64,000 nucleotides of DNA from positions 338,472-402,471 of the forward strand of contig JBAZKL010000002.1 in assembly GCA_041650835.1 (NCBI GenBank), written 5' to 3'. Made by a program: the position numbers and the translations under genes. A model generated the notes under the pieces. The model was not told where the DNA came from and did not search any database. It was given only the letters and a program-made list of their open reading frames with translations. Position 1 is the first letter of the stretch. Every line of letters begins with the position of its first letter. This document shows positions 28,524 to 37,853 of the stretch, piece after piece. This DNA is from Candidatus Omnitrophota bacterium (GTDB taxonomy: Bacteria > Omnitrophota > Gorgyraeia > Gygaellales > Profunditerraquicolaceae).

Positions 28524-29807
28524 ATGACTCAACTCGAAGCAGCAAAGAAGAAGATCACTACGCCGCTGGTTAAGCGAATTGCGGCTATTGAAGGCGTACC
28601 TGCGAAAGAAATCACACAACTCATTGCTGAGGGAAAAGTCGTTATCCCCTGCAATAGAACCCACACGCTCAAGAAACCCTGCGGTATAGGCTATAAACTC
28701 ACCACTAAAATAAACGCTAATATCGGGACATCTCCCGATAAGACAGACCTCAAACTGGAATTAAAGAAATTAGCGGTTTCTCTGAAGTACGGCGCCGATG
28801 CGGTGATGGACCTGAGTGTCGGAGGAAACATTTCCAAGATCAGGAACAGAATTCGAAAAGCCACGCCGGTTCCCCTGGGTACCGTGCCTATCTATGAAAT
28901 CGCCGTAAATGCCCGCGGGAAGACCGGCGATTTCCTGGGATTTACGGCAAGCGACATGCTTGAGACTTTAGAAAGACAGGCAAAAGAAGGCGTGGATTTC
29001 TTTACCATCCACAGCGGAGTCACGAAAGAAAGCTTGTCCAAACTTAAAACAAAAAAAAGGATCATGGGGATCGTCTCGCGGGGCGGGGCGATCATTGCCA
29101 GCTGGATGGCCCGGCACAAAAAAGAAAACCCTTTTTACGAGTATTTCGACGATATCCTGGATATCGCGTATAGATACGATGTCACCTTAAGCCTCGGGGA
29201 CGGCTTGCGCCCCGGATCAATTTTAGACGCGACTGACCGGGCGCAGATCTGTGAACTGGCTATCTTGGGAAAACTCGCGCAGCGCGCGAAGAAAAAGTTT
29301 ATCCAGGTAATAATCGAGGGTCCCGGACACGTACCGCTTCACCAGATCAAAGAAAACATAGCTTTAGAAAAAAGGCTTTGCCATCAAGCGCCCTTTTATG
29401 TCCTCGGGCCTTTGGTTACCGATATTGCCGCCGGTTATGACCATATCACGGGCGCTATCGGAGGAGCCATCGCAGCCAGCCACGGAGCGGACTTTTTATG
29501 CTACGTGACCCCCGCTGAACACTTACGATTGCCTTCGCTTGATGATGTGCGTAACGGCGTTATCGCCTCAAAGATCGCAGCGCACGCCGCGGACATCGCT
29601 AAAGGCATACCGCAGGCGATACAAAAAGACATCTTAATGTCCCAAGCGCGGAGAAACCGCGACTGGAAAAAACAGATATCATTATCAATAGACCCTGATA
29701 AAGCGCACGAATACCGTGTTTCATCAAAACCGCAAGTTTCTGATGTCTGCACGATGTGCGGAAATTACTGCTCCATAAAAGTAATGGAGCAGAGTAAACG
29801 TTCATAA
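28524..29807 (+). CDS. thiC: phosphomethylpyrimidine synthase
   Basis: MTQLEAAKK N-terminus, C-terminal CTMCGNYCS Fe-S cluster motif. Track ORF begins at TTG 28512; ATG 28524 preferred. Confidence 0.95.
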   Translation: MTQLEAAKKKITTPLVKRIAAIEGVPAKEITQLIAEGKVVIPCNRTHTLKKPCGIGYKLTTKINANIGTSPDKTDLKLELKKLAVSLKYGADAVMDLSVGGNISKIRNRIRKATPVPLGTVPIYEIAVNARGKTGDFLGFTASDMLETLERQAKEGVDFFTIHSGVTKESLSKLKTKKRIMGIVSRGGAIIASWMARHKKENPFYEYFDDILDIAYRYDVTLSLGDGLRPGSILDATDRAQICELAILGKLAQRAKKKFIQVIIEGPGHVPLHQIKENIALEKRLCHQAPFYVLGPLVTDIAAGYDHITGAIGGAIAASHGADFLCYVTPAEHLRLPSLDDVRNGVIASKIAAHAADIAKGIPQAIQKDILMSQARRNRDWKKQISLSIDPDKAHEYRVSSKPQVSDVCTMCGNYCSIKVMEQSKRS

Positions 29808-29812
29808 AAAAC

Positions 29813-29883
29813 GCGGGTGTAATTCAATGGCAGAATGACAGCTTCCCAAGCTGTATATGGCGGTTCGATTCCGCTCACCCGCT
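29813..29883 (+). tRNA. tRNA-Gly (anticodon CCC)
   Basis: Cloverleaf: acceptor GCGGGTG/CACCCGC, anticodon stem ACAGC/GCTGT with loop TTCCCAA, T-arm GGCGG-TTCGATT-CCGCT. No encoded CCA. Confidence 0.85.
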
Positions 29884-29919
29884 TTATAGTTTAAATCTCA
29901 AAGGTAAACGGCAGAAAAA

Positions 29920-30615
29920 ATGAATAAAAATTTTAAAATCAGGTGTGTGTTCACTTTTTTGCCTTTTTCCATTTTACTGCTTACTTTCTTCGGTTGCTCA
30001 ACTATTCCCTCTGTTACTGCGCCTACAGTCTCAATACCGCCCAATACACCCGGGAAATACCATCGCATGGAAAAGAGCGAAACACTCTGGAAGCTTTCAA
30101 AAACTTACAACATCGACCTCGATGAAATAATAAAGATCAATAAGATCACCGATGTAACTAACATCGAAATAGGACAGCTTATTTTCATACCGGCACGTCC
30201 GGTTCAAGAACGCTCCACGCAGCCAAACACATTCGCCAGTGACGACTTTATCTGGCCTTTACAAGGAAAAACAGTCGCCTTGTTCGGTGATAGTTTTGAT
30301 AACATGATAAATAAAGGCATTAATATCGCTCCATTAAGAAATCAGGATGTGGTCGCTTCCAGAGGCGGAAAAGTGGTATTTTGCAGCGATAATTTCCTCT
30401 GTTTTGGTAAAACCATCATCATTGACCATACCGACGGGTTTTCAACGGTTTACGCTCGAAATGCAGAACTGCTGGTAAAAACCGGCGAGTATGTAAAAAG
30501 AGGGGCCTTGATCGCAAAAGCGGGGCAAGCAGGCAGGGACAAGAACATCTTCCTGCATTTTGAGATTCGAAAGGGCCATATTCCCAGGAATCCTTATTTT
30601 TATCTGCCTCGATAA
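29920..30615 (+). CDS. LysM-domain M23 (LytM/NlpD-like) peptidoglycan endopeptidase lipoprotein
   Basis: Lipobox (FFGCS), LysM (WKLSKTYNIDLDEIIKINKI) and M23 (HTDGFSTVYA…HFEIR). Confidence 0.85.
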   Translation: MNKNFKIRCVFTFLPFSILLLTFFGCSTIPSVTAPTVSIPPNTPGKYHRMEKSETLWKLSKTYNIDLDEIIKINKITDVTNIEIGQLIFIPARPVQERSTQPNTFASDDFIWPLQGKTVALFGDSFDNMINKGINIAPLRNQDVVASRGGKVVFCSDNFLCFGKTIIIDHTDGFSTVYARNAELLVKTGEYVKRGALIAKAGQAGRDKNIFLHFEIRKGHIPRNPYFYLPR

Positions 30616-30655
30616 ACGAAGCGGTCGGCGTCGTATATAAAAACGGCACAGTGCC

Positions 30656-32284
30656 ATGCGTGAAAATATGTTTTTTTCCCGGACTCAACAACTCTCAATT
30701 CTGGAAAAACGGATCCGCGACCTCAAGGACGGATACCGGCAGAATATCGCTATTATCGGTGAAGAGCACGTCGGAAAAACTTCGATCGTTTTTAAATTCT
30801 TACAGCAATTTTGCGATAACCGCATCATACCGGTTTATCTTGAAATCAGGAACGAAACGCTCACCTGCCTGTGTAAACGTTTTATCGCGGTCTTACTCTA
30901 TAATTTTCTTTTAAACAGCGAAATGCCGCTCAAAGAGGACTTAGAGTTCCTGATCTCAAAATCATCCTTTTACATCCCCAAAACAATAGAGAAGGTCAAA
31001 ACGCTTTTACTTACCCTGTCCAAGAAAAAGAAAGACATGGTATTTACCGAGCTCCTGGCGCTTGCTGAGACGATACACGAAGAAACAGGCAAGCATTGCG
31101 TGATCATTTTCGACGAATTCCACAATCTTGAAACAACGGGAGTAAAAAAGATATTCGCTGAGTGGGCGAAAGTCTTGATCTTACAGAAATCGACGCTTTA
31201 CATCATCATCAGCTCCTTAAAGCATAAAGCGCGAGGGATCCTCTCGAAAGATTTAAGCCTCCTTTTCGGGAATTTCGAGATTATCACCATAGAACCGTTC
31301 GACATCAAAACATCTCACGATTATTTAACTTCGTCCCTGCATTCAATAGCGATACAAGACTCTCTTAAGAATTTTATCGTCAATTTCACGGGAGGCTGCC
31401 CGCTCTACCTGAAGGTCATATCTGAAATGCTCATTAAATCCCCCCAGGCGAGTTTAGTGAATATCCTTGAAGAATTGCTCTTCGACTCCTCAGGCCTTTT
31501 ATTCCAGAATTTCTCGAACTATTTCAACCGTTTTCAAGGCAGCGCGTCGAAAAACGAACAGCAGGCTATTCTTTTTATGATCGCCGACGGGCATAATAAA
31601 ATAAAAGATATAGCGCATCTTTTGCGAAAGACAAAAAAAGAACTCTCCAACTCCATCAATGCGCTTCTGGAATTAGATACCATATCCCAAAGCGGTGATT
31701 TCCTGAAGATCAATGACCGCGTATTGGGCTTCTGGCTTAAGTTCGTCTATCAGGAACGGCTCAATTCGCTTACCTTCGATGCGAAAAACCAGAAAAACCT
31801 ATTCCGGCACAAAATCGATTCGTTGATCCGGGAATTCATCGCGACGACCAAGAAGCCGGTGAGCGAACGCATGATGGAGCTGCTCCATCTATTCCAAGAC
31901 GACCAGATCCAGATCGAACGCAAGAAATTACGGTTAAACCATTTTAGAGAGGTCAAATTCGTTGAATTCAAGAACTGCAACCTTACTGAAGGCCTTTTAT
32001 GCCGCTCTGAAGAAAGTATCTGGGTCATTGCCTTTAAATATGACGCGCTTACCGAAGAAGACATAGGGGAATTCGCGAAAGAATGCAAGAAATTCAGGCA
32101 TAAACTTCAGCAAAAAATAATCATAACCTTTCAAGATGTCGACGCAAACAGCCGTTTAAAAGCGCTCCAAGAGAAGATCTGGACGTGGGACATCAATAAT
32201 GTCAACCATGTCCTTGATCTATTCTCGAAACAAAGGATCACGGTGGCACAAACAACTTTGTCTACCGAACCGCTACGCATATGA
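30656..32284 (+). CDS. AAA+ ATPase (Arch_ATPase/Orc1-like P-loop with DUF234-type C-terminal region)
   Basis: Walker A IAIIGEEHVGKTS, Walker B VIIFDEFHNL; 542 aa. Confidence 0.6.
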   Translation: MRENMFFSRTQQLSILEKRIRDLKDGYRQNIAIIGEEHVGKTSIVFKFLQQFCDNRIIPVYLEIRNETLTCLCKRFIAVLLYNFLLNSEMPLKEDLEFLISKSSFYIPKTIEKVKTLLLTLSKKKKDMVFTELLALAETIHEETGKHCVIIFDEFHNLETTGVKKIFAEWAKVLILQKSTLYIIISSLKHKARGILSKDLSLLFGNFEIITIEPFDIKTSHDYLTSSLHSIAIQDSLKNFIVNFTGGCPLYLKVISEMLIKSPQASLVNILEELLFDSSGLLFQNFSNYFNRFQGSASKNEQQAILFMIADGHNKIKDIAHLLRKTKKELSNSINALLELDTISQSGDFLKINDRVLGFWLKFVYQERLNSLTFDAKNQKNLFRHKIDSLIREFIATTKKPVSERMMELLHLFQDDQIQIERKKLRLNHFREVKFVEFKNCNLTEGLLCRSEESIWVIAFKYDALTEEDIGEFAKECKKFRHKLQQKIIITFQDVDANSRLKALQEKIWTWDINNVNHVLDLFSKQRITVAQTTLSTEPLRI

Positions 32285-32772
32285 TGAAGATCGGAGTTTT
32301 AGCAGATACCCATATACCGGACAGGGCTGAATCAATACCCAAAGAAGTACTCGACGGCTTTAAAGGCGTTGACATGATCATCCATGCCGGAGACCTGGTA
32401 TCCCTTTCAGTATTGGACCAACTGCGCGCGGTTTGCAAAAATGTTTTAGCAGTCTCCGGGAACATGGACCATGATGAAGTAAAAAGGAAATTACCCGAGA
32501 AAGAAATCATCAAAATCGGCAATTTTAAGATCGGGATCACCCACGGCAGCGGCCATCCCAACAAACTCCTGGACGTTTTAACGAATGCATTCAAGAACGA
32601 TGATGTTGCCATGGTCATTTTCGGCCATTCCCACGAAGGCTTTAATGAGAAGAAAGGGAACATCCTTTACTTTAATCCGGGGAGTGCGACCGATAAGATA
32701 TTCTCTTTATACAATTCATACGGCATTATAGAGATCGACAATAAGATCAAAGCGAAGATCATAAAGATTTAG
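32281..32772 (+). CDS. YfcE/MJ0936-family metallophosphoesterase
   Basis: GVLADTHIPD…HAGD…GNMD…GHSHEG calcineurin-like motifs. Confidence 0.8.
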   Translation: MMKIGVLADTHIPDRAESIPKEVLDGFKGVDMIIHAGDLVSLSVLDQLRAVCKNVLAVSGNMDHDEVKRKLPEKEIIKIGNFKIGITHGSGHPNKLLDVLTNAFKNDDVAMVIFGHSHEGFNEKKGNILYFNPGSATDKIFSLYNSYGIIEIDNKIKAKIIKI

Positions 32773-32779
32773 GGATCAC

Positions 32780-33259
32780 ATGGATAAACTGTGGGCACCG
32801 TGGAGGATCAACTACCTGAGGTCTAAAAAAAGCTCCGCGTGCATTTTTTGCGCAGCCTTAAAGGGTAAAGAGAAGAATACCGTGATCTTCAAAAAGAAAC
32901 ACGTACTCTGCCTCTTGAACATTTACCCGTATAATAACGGGCACCTCATGGTATCTCCGGTAAGGCATGTCGGGAAACTTACCGACTTGACCGACACAGA
33001 AACACTTGAAGTATTTAAAGCAGTGACAGGCGCCACCCGGCTGCTCGATTCAACCCTCCAGCCGGACGGCTACAATATAGGAATCAACATCTCGGAATTT
33101 GCCGGAGCAGGCATCCCGGGGCATTTGCATATTCATATTGTCCCTCGCTGGAAAGGCGATACGAACTTTATGCCGGTGACCGCCGATACCAAGATAATTT
33201 CTCAATCATTACAAGAATTATACATACTCCTCAAGAATGCTTACGCAAAAACAAATTAA
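32780..33259 (+). CDS. HIT-family nucleotide hydrolase/transferase
   Basis: LWAPWRINY N-terminus and histidine triad HLHIHIVPR. Confidence 0.8.
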   Translation: MDKLWAPWRINYLRSKKSSACIFCAALKGKEKNTVIFKKKHVLCLLNIYPYNNGHLMVSPVRHVGKLTDLTDTETLEVFKAVTGATRLLDSTLQPDGYNIGINISEFAGAGIPGHLHIHIVPRWKGDTNFMPVTADTKIISQSLQELYILLKNAYAKTN

Positions 33260-34391
33260 AGATTTTGAAGACAAGTTCCTGGCGCCCTACGCGATGAGAA
33301 GCTGCCTTTCCCGGGGGCGCGTACACAGCGAGAAGTCCCATCCGTACCGTTCCGTTTATCAAAGGGACCGCGACCGTATAATCCATTCGGCCGCTTTTCG
33401 CAGGCTGGAATATAAAACCCAGGTTTTTGTAAATCATGAAGGCGATTATTACCGGACGCGCTTGACCCACACCTTAGAGGTATCTCAGATCGGCAGGACC
33501 ATTGCCAGCGCGCTGCGCTTAAACGTTGATCTAACCGAAGCGATCTCCCTCGCCCATGATTTAGGGCATACTCCCTTTGGCCATTCCGGAGAAGACGCCC
33601 TCAACGAACTCATGGCGGAGGCCGGCGGCTTCAACCATAACCTGCAGGGATTGCGTGTCGTCGATCTCCTTGAAGAGCGCTATCCGAATTTCCCCGGGCT
33701 CAATTTAACATGGGAAGTCAGGGAAGGGATAGTCAAACACTCGTCACAATTTGATATAGCAGTCGAAATAAACGGGCTGTCACCCGATGAACTGCCTACC
33801 CTGGAAACCCAGATCACCGATATCGCCGATGAAATAGCGTACGACAACCACGATGTTGACGATGGGCTGACCTCAGGATTATTAAAGGAGTCGGATTTAG
33901 AGAAATTACCGATTTGGGATAATATATGTAAAGAAATATCGCAAAAATATGATACAATAGATGCTGAAATACGTAAATACCTGATCATCCGCTCGTTGAT
34001 CGATATTCAGGTCACCGACCTGATCAGAGAAACGCAAAAGCAGATCAACCAACGGAAATTAAAGACGCACCTTGATGTTAAAAGGGCGGACGCAAAAATC
34101 GTCTGTTTCAGCAAACGGATGCAAGAACTTCGCAAGCCGTTGCGCGAGCTCCTCATTGAAAAATTATATCATCACTATCGCGTGATGAGAATGAGCAACA
34201 AAGCGAAGCGTTTCATACAAGAACTCTTTAACTTTTATATCGATAAACCGAACGCATTGCCGCCCCAGATCCAAAAAAGGATTACTGCTTACGGAGTAAA
34301 AAGCGTAGTCTGCGATTATATCGCGGGAATGACCGACCGGTACGCATTAGATGAATACAAAAAGCTTTTTGACCCCTACGAAAAAGTATAA
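33237..34391 (+). CDS. dGTP triphosphohydrolase-like HD-domain protein
   Basis: YRTRLTHTLEVSQIGR…HDLGHTPFGHSGE HD motif, 384 aa. Confidence 0.85.
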   Translation: MLTQKQIKDFEDKFLAPYAMRSCLSRGRVHSEKSHPYRSVYQRDRDRIIHSAAFRRLEYKTQVFVNHEGDYYRTRLTHTLEVSQIGRTIASALRLNVDLTEAISLAHDLGHTPFGHSGEDALNELMAEAGGFNHNLQGLRVVDLLEERYPNFPGLNLTWEVREGIVKHSSQFDIAVEINGLSPDELPTLETQITDIADEIAYDNHDVDDGLTSGLLKESDLEKLPIWDNICKEISQKYDTIDAEIRKYLIIRSLIDIQVTDLIRETQKQINQRKLKTHLDVKRADAKIVCFSKRMQELRKPLRELLIEKLYHHYRVMRMSNKAKRFIQELFNFYIDKPNALPPQIQKRITAYGVKSVVCDYIAGMTDRYALDEYKKLFDPYEKV

Positions 34392-35412
34392 AACACTTAT
34401 TTCAGCCATCCACAGCATCTACCGGCTGGTCAATTCCACGTTTGAGCTTAAAGAACTGGTATGCCGCCTCGCCCGTCTTATCTGCCAGATATTCAACGCG
34501 CGTTCATGCTATATCGTCATCCTTGACCCGTCAAAGAAGTATTCAACGATAAAATGCATGGTAGCTGACAAGAAAAAGCATGTCATTGACCGTAAGATCA
34601 AGATCATGACACGCCTTGAACGAAAGATCATCAAATCGTTCGCCACGATCCGCCGGGACAATATGCTGGCTTTACCGCTGGTATCTGAAGATATCATGGG
34701 ACTTATGATCGTCAAACGCGGAAAAAACGAGATCCCCTTTGACCGCTGTGAACAAGAGATCTTGACCACCGTACTTGAACAAGCAATGACGGGAATAAAG
34801 AACCTCCAATTATATGAAGAACAACAAAAGATAATCTTCGGATCTATCAAATCGCTCGTGACTATCCTTGACGCCCGGATCCCGCGGGAAGAAACACATT
34901 CGCCTTATTTTATCCGTTTAGTTAAAAGCATATCGCATCAAATGCAACTCGACGACAAGCAAATAGAAAGCATTCAATATGCCAGCCTGCTGCATGACGC
35001 CGGAAAAGCGGATATCCCGGTAGAAATCCTCTCTAAAACAACAAAACTGACTCCTCAGGAATTTAAGATCATTAAAGGAATACCGCTTAAAAGCGCGCAG
35101 ATCTTACGCCCGATACAATCATTACGGCCGGTCATATCGATCATCATGCACCACCATGAAAAATATAACGGAACAGGCTATCCCTCACGGCTGAAAAAAG
35201 GTCAGATCCCCATTGGCGCGCGTATCATGGCAGTTGCCGACGCTTTTGAAGCAATGGTATACGGGAGGCCTTATAAAGAGAGAATAGGGATAGACTCGGC
35301 AATAAAAGAAATACGAAAAAAAAGCGGCACTCAATTCGACCCAAAAGTCGTCGAAGCATTCTTGAGGATCATCAAGAAAATGTCTAAAAAATACTTGCAA
35401 CTCAGTAAATAA
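34351..35412 (+). CDS. GAF + HD-GYP domain phosphodiesterase
   Basis: HD (LLHDAGK) and HHHEKYNGTGYP HD-GYP signature. Confidence 0.8.
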   Translation: MNTKSFLTPTKKYKTLISAIHSIYRLVNSTFELKELVCRLARLICQIFNARSCYIVILDPSKKYSTIKCMVADKKKHVIDRKIKIMTRLERKIIKSFATIRRDNMLALPLVSEDIMGLMIVKRGKNEIPFDRCEQEILTTVLEQAMTGIKNLQLYEEQQKIIFGSIKSLVTILDARIPREETHSPYFIRLVKSISHQMQLDDKQIESIQYASLLHDAGKADIPVEILSKTTKLTPQEFKIIKGIPLKSAQILRPIQSLRPVISIIMHHHEKYNGTGYPSRLKKGQIPIGARIMAVADAFEAMVYGRPYKERIGIDSAIKEIRKKSGTQFDPKVVEAFLRIIKKMSKKYLQLSK

Positions 35413-35458
35413 TCGGGTTATAATATACTGTTATAGTATTGCTATTGTTAAGGGAAAA

Positions 35459-36052
35459 ATGGTTGAAGAAGGAACGACCCAATTAGAATTATTCTCAAAA
35501 GACAATAACACACCGGCGGTCAAGGCCGCTGCTTCCGGATCATTATTCACCACTCTGTGGAATTACGAAAAGTTGATCTTTCTTATTATCGGATTTATTG
35601 TAACCGGGGTCATTAGTTATTGCCTGGGAGTAGAACGGGGCAAGAACATCGCCCTCTTAAACATCGCGGCTCCCAAAGAGCTCTCCAGCCCCGCCGGCGG
35701 CCAACCTGCAATACAGCTTGACCCGTTACCACTTACGGTTGAAGCCCCGGCAGAATCAGCTATCATGGTAAAAAAGGCCTCACCGGCCCCGGCAGAGAAA
35801 GCAAAATACAGTACCGCGACTTTAAAGAAAACCGGCACCAAATTCACGATCCAAATCGCTTCATACAAACAAAAGTCATCTGCTCAGAAAGAAGCGACCC
35901 AATTAAAGAAAAAGGGCCTGCCGACAACAGTCATTCCTCTCAATGGCTACAGCGTCATTTGCATAGGCAGCTTTTCCGACAAAGAAAAAGCGAAATCATT
36001 ATTAACTGAAATAAAAAAACAATATCGAGATTGTTTCATAAGGAGGTTATAA
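35459..36052 (+). CDS. SPOR-domain membrane protein
   Basis: N-terminal TM segment, Pro/Ala-rich linker, C-terminal SPOR fold (FTIQIASYKQKSSAQKEATQLKKKGLPTTVIPLNGYSVICIGSFSDKEKAKSL). Confidence 0.7.
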   Translation: MVEEGTTQLELFSKDNNTPAVKAAASGSLFTTLWNYEKLIFLIIGFIVTGVISYCLGVERGKNIALLNIAAPKELSSPAGGQPAIQLDPLPLTVEAPAESAIMVKKASPAPAEKAKYSTATLKKTGTKFTIQIASYKQKSSAQKEATQLKKKGLPTTVIPLNGYSVICIGSFSDKEKAKSLLTEIKKQYRDCFIRRL

Positions 36053-36056
36053 AGGC

Positions 36057-36335
36057 ATGTCAATACACCCATCTTTAAATCTATCGGACAAGAACAAAAA
36101 ACAGCGTTCAGTATTAAAGCGGATCGAACGCCTCAAGATCATGGCGGAAAAAAATGATTGGAAAGAAGGAGAAGAAGTATTCGGTCTTCCGAAAATAAAG
36201 ACTATCCGTATTAAGATCAAGAAAGAAAAAGTGGAAAAAGCTGAGACAGCCGCAGGCACACCTGCTGCCGGTGATGCGAAAACCGCCGCTCCCGCTGCTA
36301 AAGGGGCTGCCGCGAAAGCACCTGAAAAGAAATAG
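36057..36335 (+). CDS. small basic protein with Ala/Lys/Pro-rich histone-H1-like tail
   Basis: 92 aa; C-terminal TAAGTPAAGDAKTAAPAAKGAAAKAPEKK. Confidence 0.4.
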   Translation: MSIHPSLNLSDKNKKQRSVLKRIERLKIMAEKNDWKEGEEVFGLPKIKTIRIKIKKEKVEKAETAAGTPAAGDAKTAAPAAKGAAAKAPEKK

Positions 36336-36361
36336 GCTTGAAAACCAGCAAAACTCATAGT

Positions 36362-36410
36362 GCGGGAATGGCTTCAAGAAAACGCCTCAAGCCATTCCCG
36401 CTATTATTCT
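36362..36410 (+). terminator. rho-independent terminator
   Basis: 13-bp stem gcgggaatggctt…aagccattcccgc followed by a T-rich tail. Confidence 0.5.
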
Positions 36411-36420
36411 ATCCATAGCT

Positions 36421-37215
36421 ATGCCCGGAAAAATCATTAGATTTATTTTAACCTTATCTGCCTGCCTGATCCTGCCATCAAGTTATTGCAAAGGCGACGA
36501 CTTCAAAGCCTTTTTAGGCGAGGTCAATTCAGCTCAGATCAATATCCGCGCCGATTCAACGGTAAGCTCACCCGTGATCTATACACTCAATAAAGGCGAT
36601 TATGTAAGCGTAACCCGTGAATTATACGATTGGTACAGGATCAAACTGCCTAAGTTCGCGCCTTCCTACATAAAAAAGGACCTTGTCGGGCTTATTAACA
36701 ACCGCGCGGCAAAAGTCATCAAAAACAGCGTCAATATCCGGCTTTCTCCGAATGAAACTTCCCCTATAGTCGGCAAAGCCTATCTCGATGAAGTAGTCAC
36801 CATCCTTGGATCAGAAGACGGTTCCTGGTATAAGATCGAACCGATTGACAACAGTTTCGGATGGGTCAATAAAAGATTTATCCAAAAAGCGACCTATATC
36901 CCGCCGCCGCCTGCCACAACATCTATTATTACCAGCGCGGGGACCCGGGTAACGGTTAACAAGCCTGAAGCCGCAGCTGTTGCTGAAAAGATCATTACCC
37001 TTGAGGGTATTATCAAACCATACGGGAAGGTATTTCGCAGGACCGCTACGCACAAACTGATAGATAAGAACGATACTGTTTATTTCTTAAAAGGCAATAA
37101 GAAAACTTTAAACGCGCTTAATTACAGAAGGACCAGAGTAGTCGGCAAGATCATTCCTTCCAAAAAAGAAGCAACTCCGCTGGTCCAGATCGACAAAATA
37201 GAGGCGCTCGATTGA
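36421..37215 (+). CDS. secreted protein with two bacterial SH3 (SH3b) domains
   Basis: Signal peptide; SH3_3-like motifs (GDYVSVTRELYDWYRIKLP; GWVNKRFI). Confidence 0.65.
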   Translation: MPGKIIRFILTLSACLILPSSYCKGDDFKAFLGEVNSAQINIRADSTVSSPVIYTLNKGDYVSVTRELYDWYRIKLPKFAPSYIKKDLVGLINNRAAKVIKNSVNIRLSPNETSPIVGKAYLDEVVTILGSEDGSWYKIEPIDNSFGWVNKRFIQKATYIPPPPATTSIITSAGTRVTVNKPEAAAVAEKIITLEGIIKPYGKVFRRTATHKLIDKNDTVYFLKGNKKTLNALNYRRTRVVGKIIPSKKEATPLVQIDKIEALD

Positions 37216-37844
37216 ACTTACCCGCATTATTACGCGATTTCGGGATTTCGTTTATTTTCTTAGCCTTCGCGATGAGCGTCCATGAATTTGCTCACGGATG
37301 GCTTGCACATATCCTGGGAGACCAAACAGCCAAGAACTCGGGGAGATTAACGCTCAACCCCTTAGCGCACATCGACCCCCTGGGAACATTCATCCTGCCC
37401 TTAACATTATTTCTCGCTACGAACGGGAACTTTATATTCGGCTCCGCGAAACCGGTTCCCATCAATTTCAACGCTTTGCGTAACCCTAAAAAAGATATTA
37501 TCTGGATAGGTGTGAGCGGCCCCCTGGCAAACTTGTTTTTGGCTTTTTTCTTAACGATCCTTTGGAAGGCAATACCGTATCACAGCCCTCAAATCAACGT
37601 TATTTTCCTTAATTTCATTATTATCAATATTCTCTTAGGAGTATTTAACCTTATCCCGATCCCGCCCTTGGACGGATCGAGGGTCATTTCAGGGTTCCTG
37701 CCGGCAAACCTGGCGCGCAAATACGCGATGATCGAACCGTTCGGATTTATCATCATACTGTTTCTTTTTTGGTTTAAGATCTTTCATATTATTGTTTGGC
37801 CGGTCATAGCCGGCTTAATAAAACTTTTAGGTATCACTGCTTAA
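37212..37844 (+). CDS. site-2 protease (M50) family membrane metalloprotease
   Basis: HEFAHGWLAH zinc-binding motif in TM1 plus the LNLIPIPPLDGS motif. Confidence 0.75.
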   Translation: MNLPALLRDFGISFIFLAFAMSVHEFAHGWLAHILGDQTAKNSGRLTLNPLAHIDPLGTFILPLTLFLATNGNFIFGSAKPVPINFNALRNPKKDIIWIGVSGPLANLFLAFFLTILWKAIPYHSPQINVIFLNFIIINILLGVFNLIPIPPLDGSRVISGFLPANLARKYAMIEPFGFIIILFLFWFKIFHIIVWPVIAGLIKLLGITA

Positions 37845-37853
37845 AGAACCGAC

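Noticed and set aside
29943-30130. Two ~60-aa plus-strand ORFs in alternative frames at the start of the M23 peptidase gene
   Set aside because: Same strand but other frames of a well-supported CDS.
36047-36377. Minus-strand 103-aa and 87-aa Ala-rich ORFs
   Set aside because: Mirror image of the Ala/Lys-rich small basic protein gene and its terminator.
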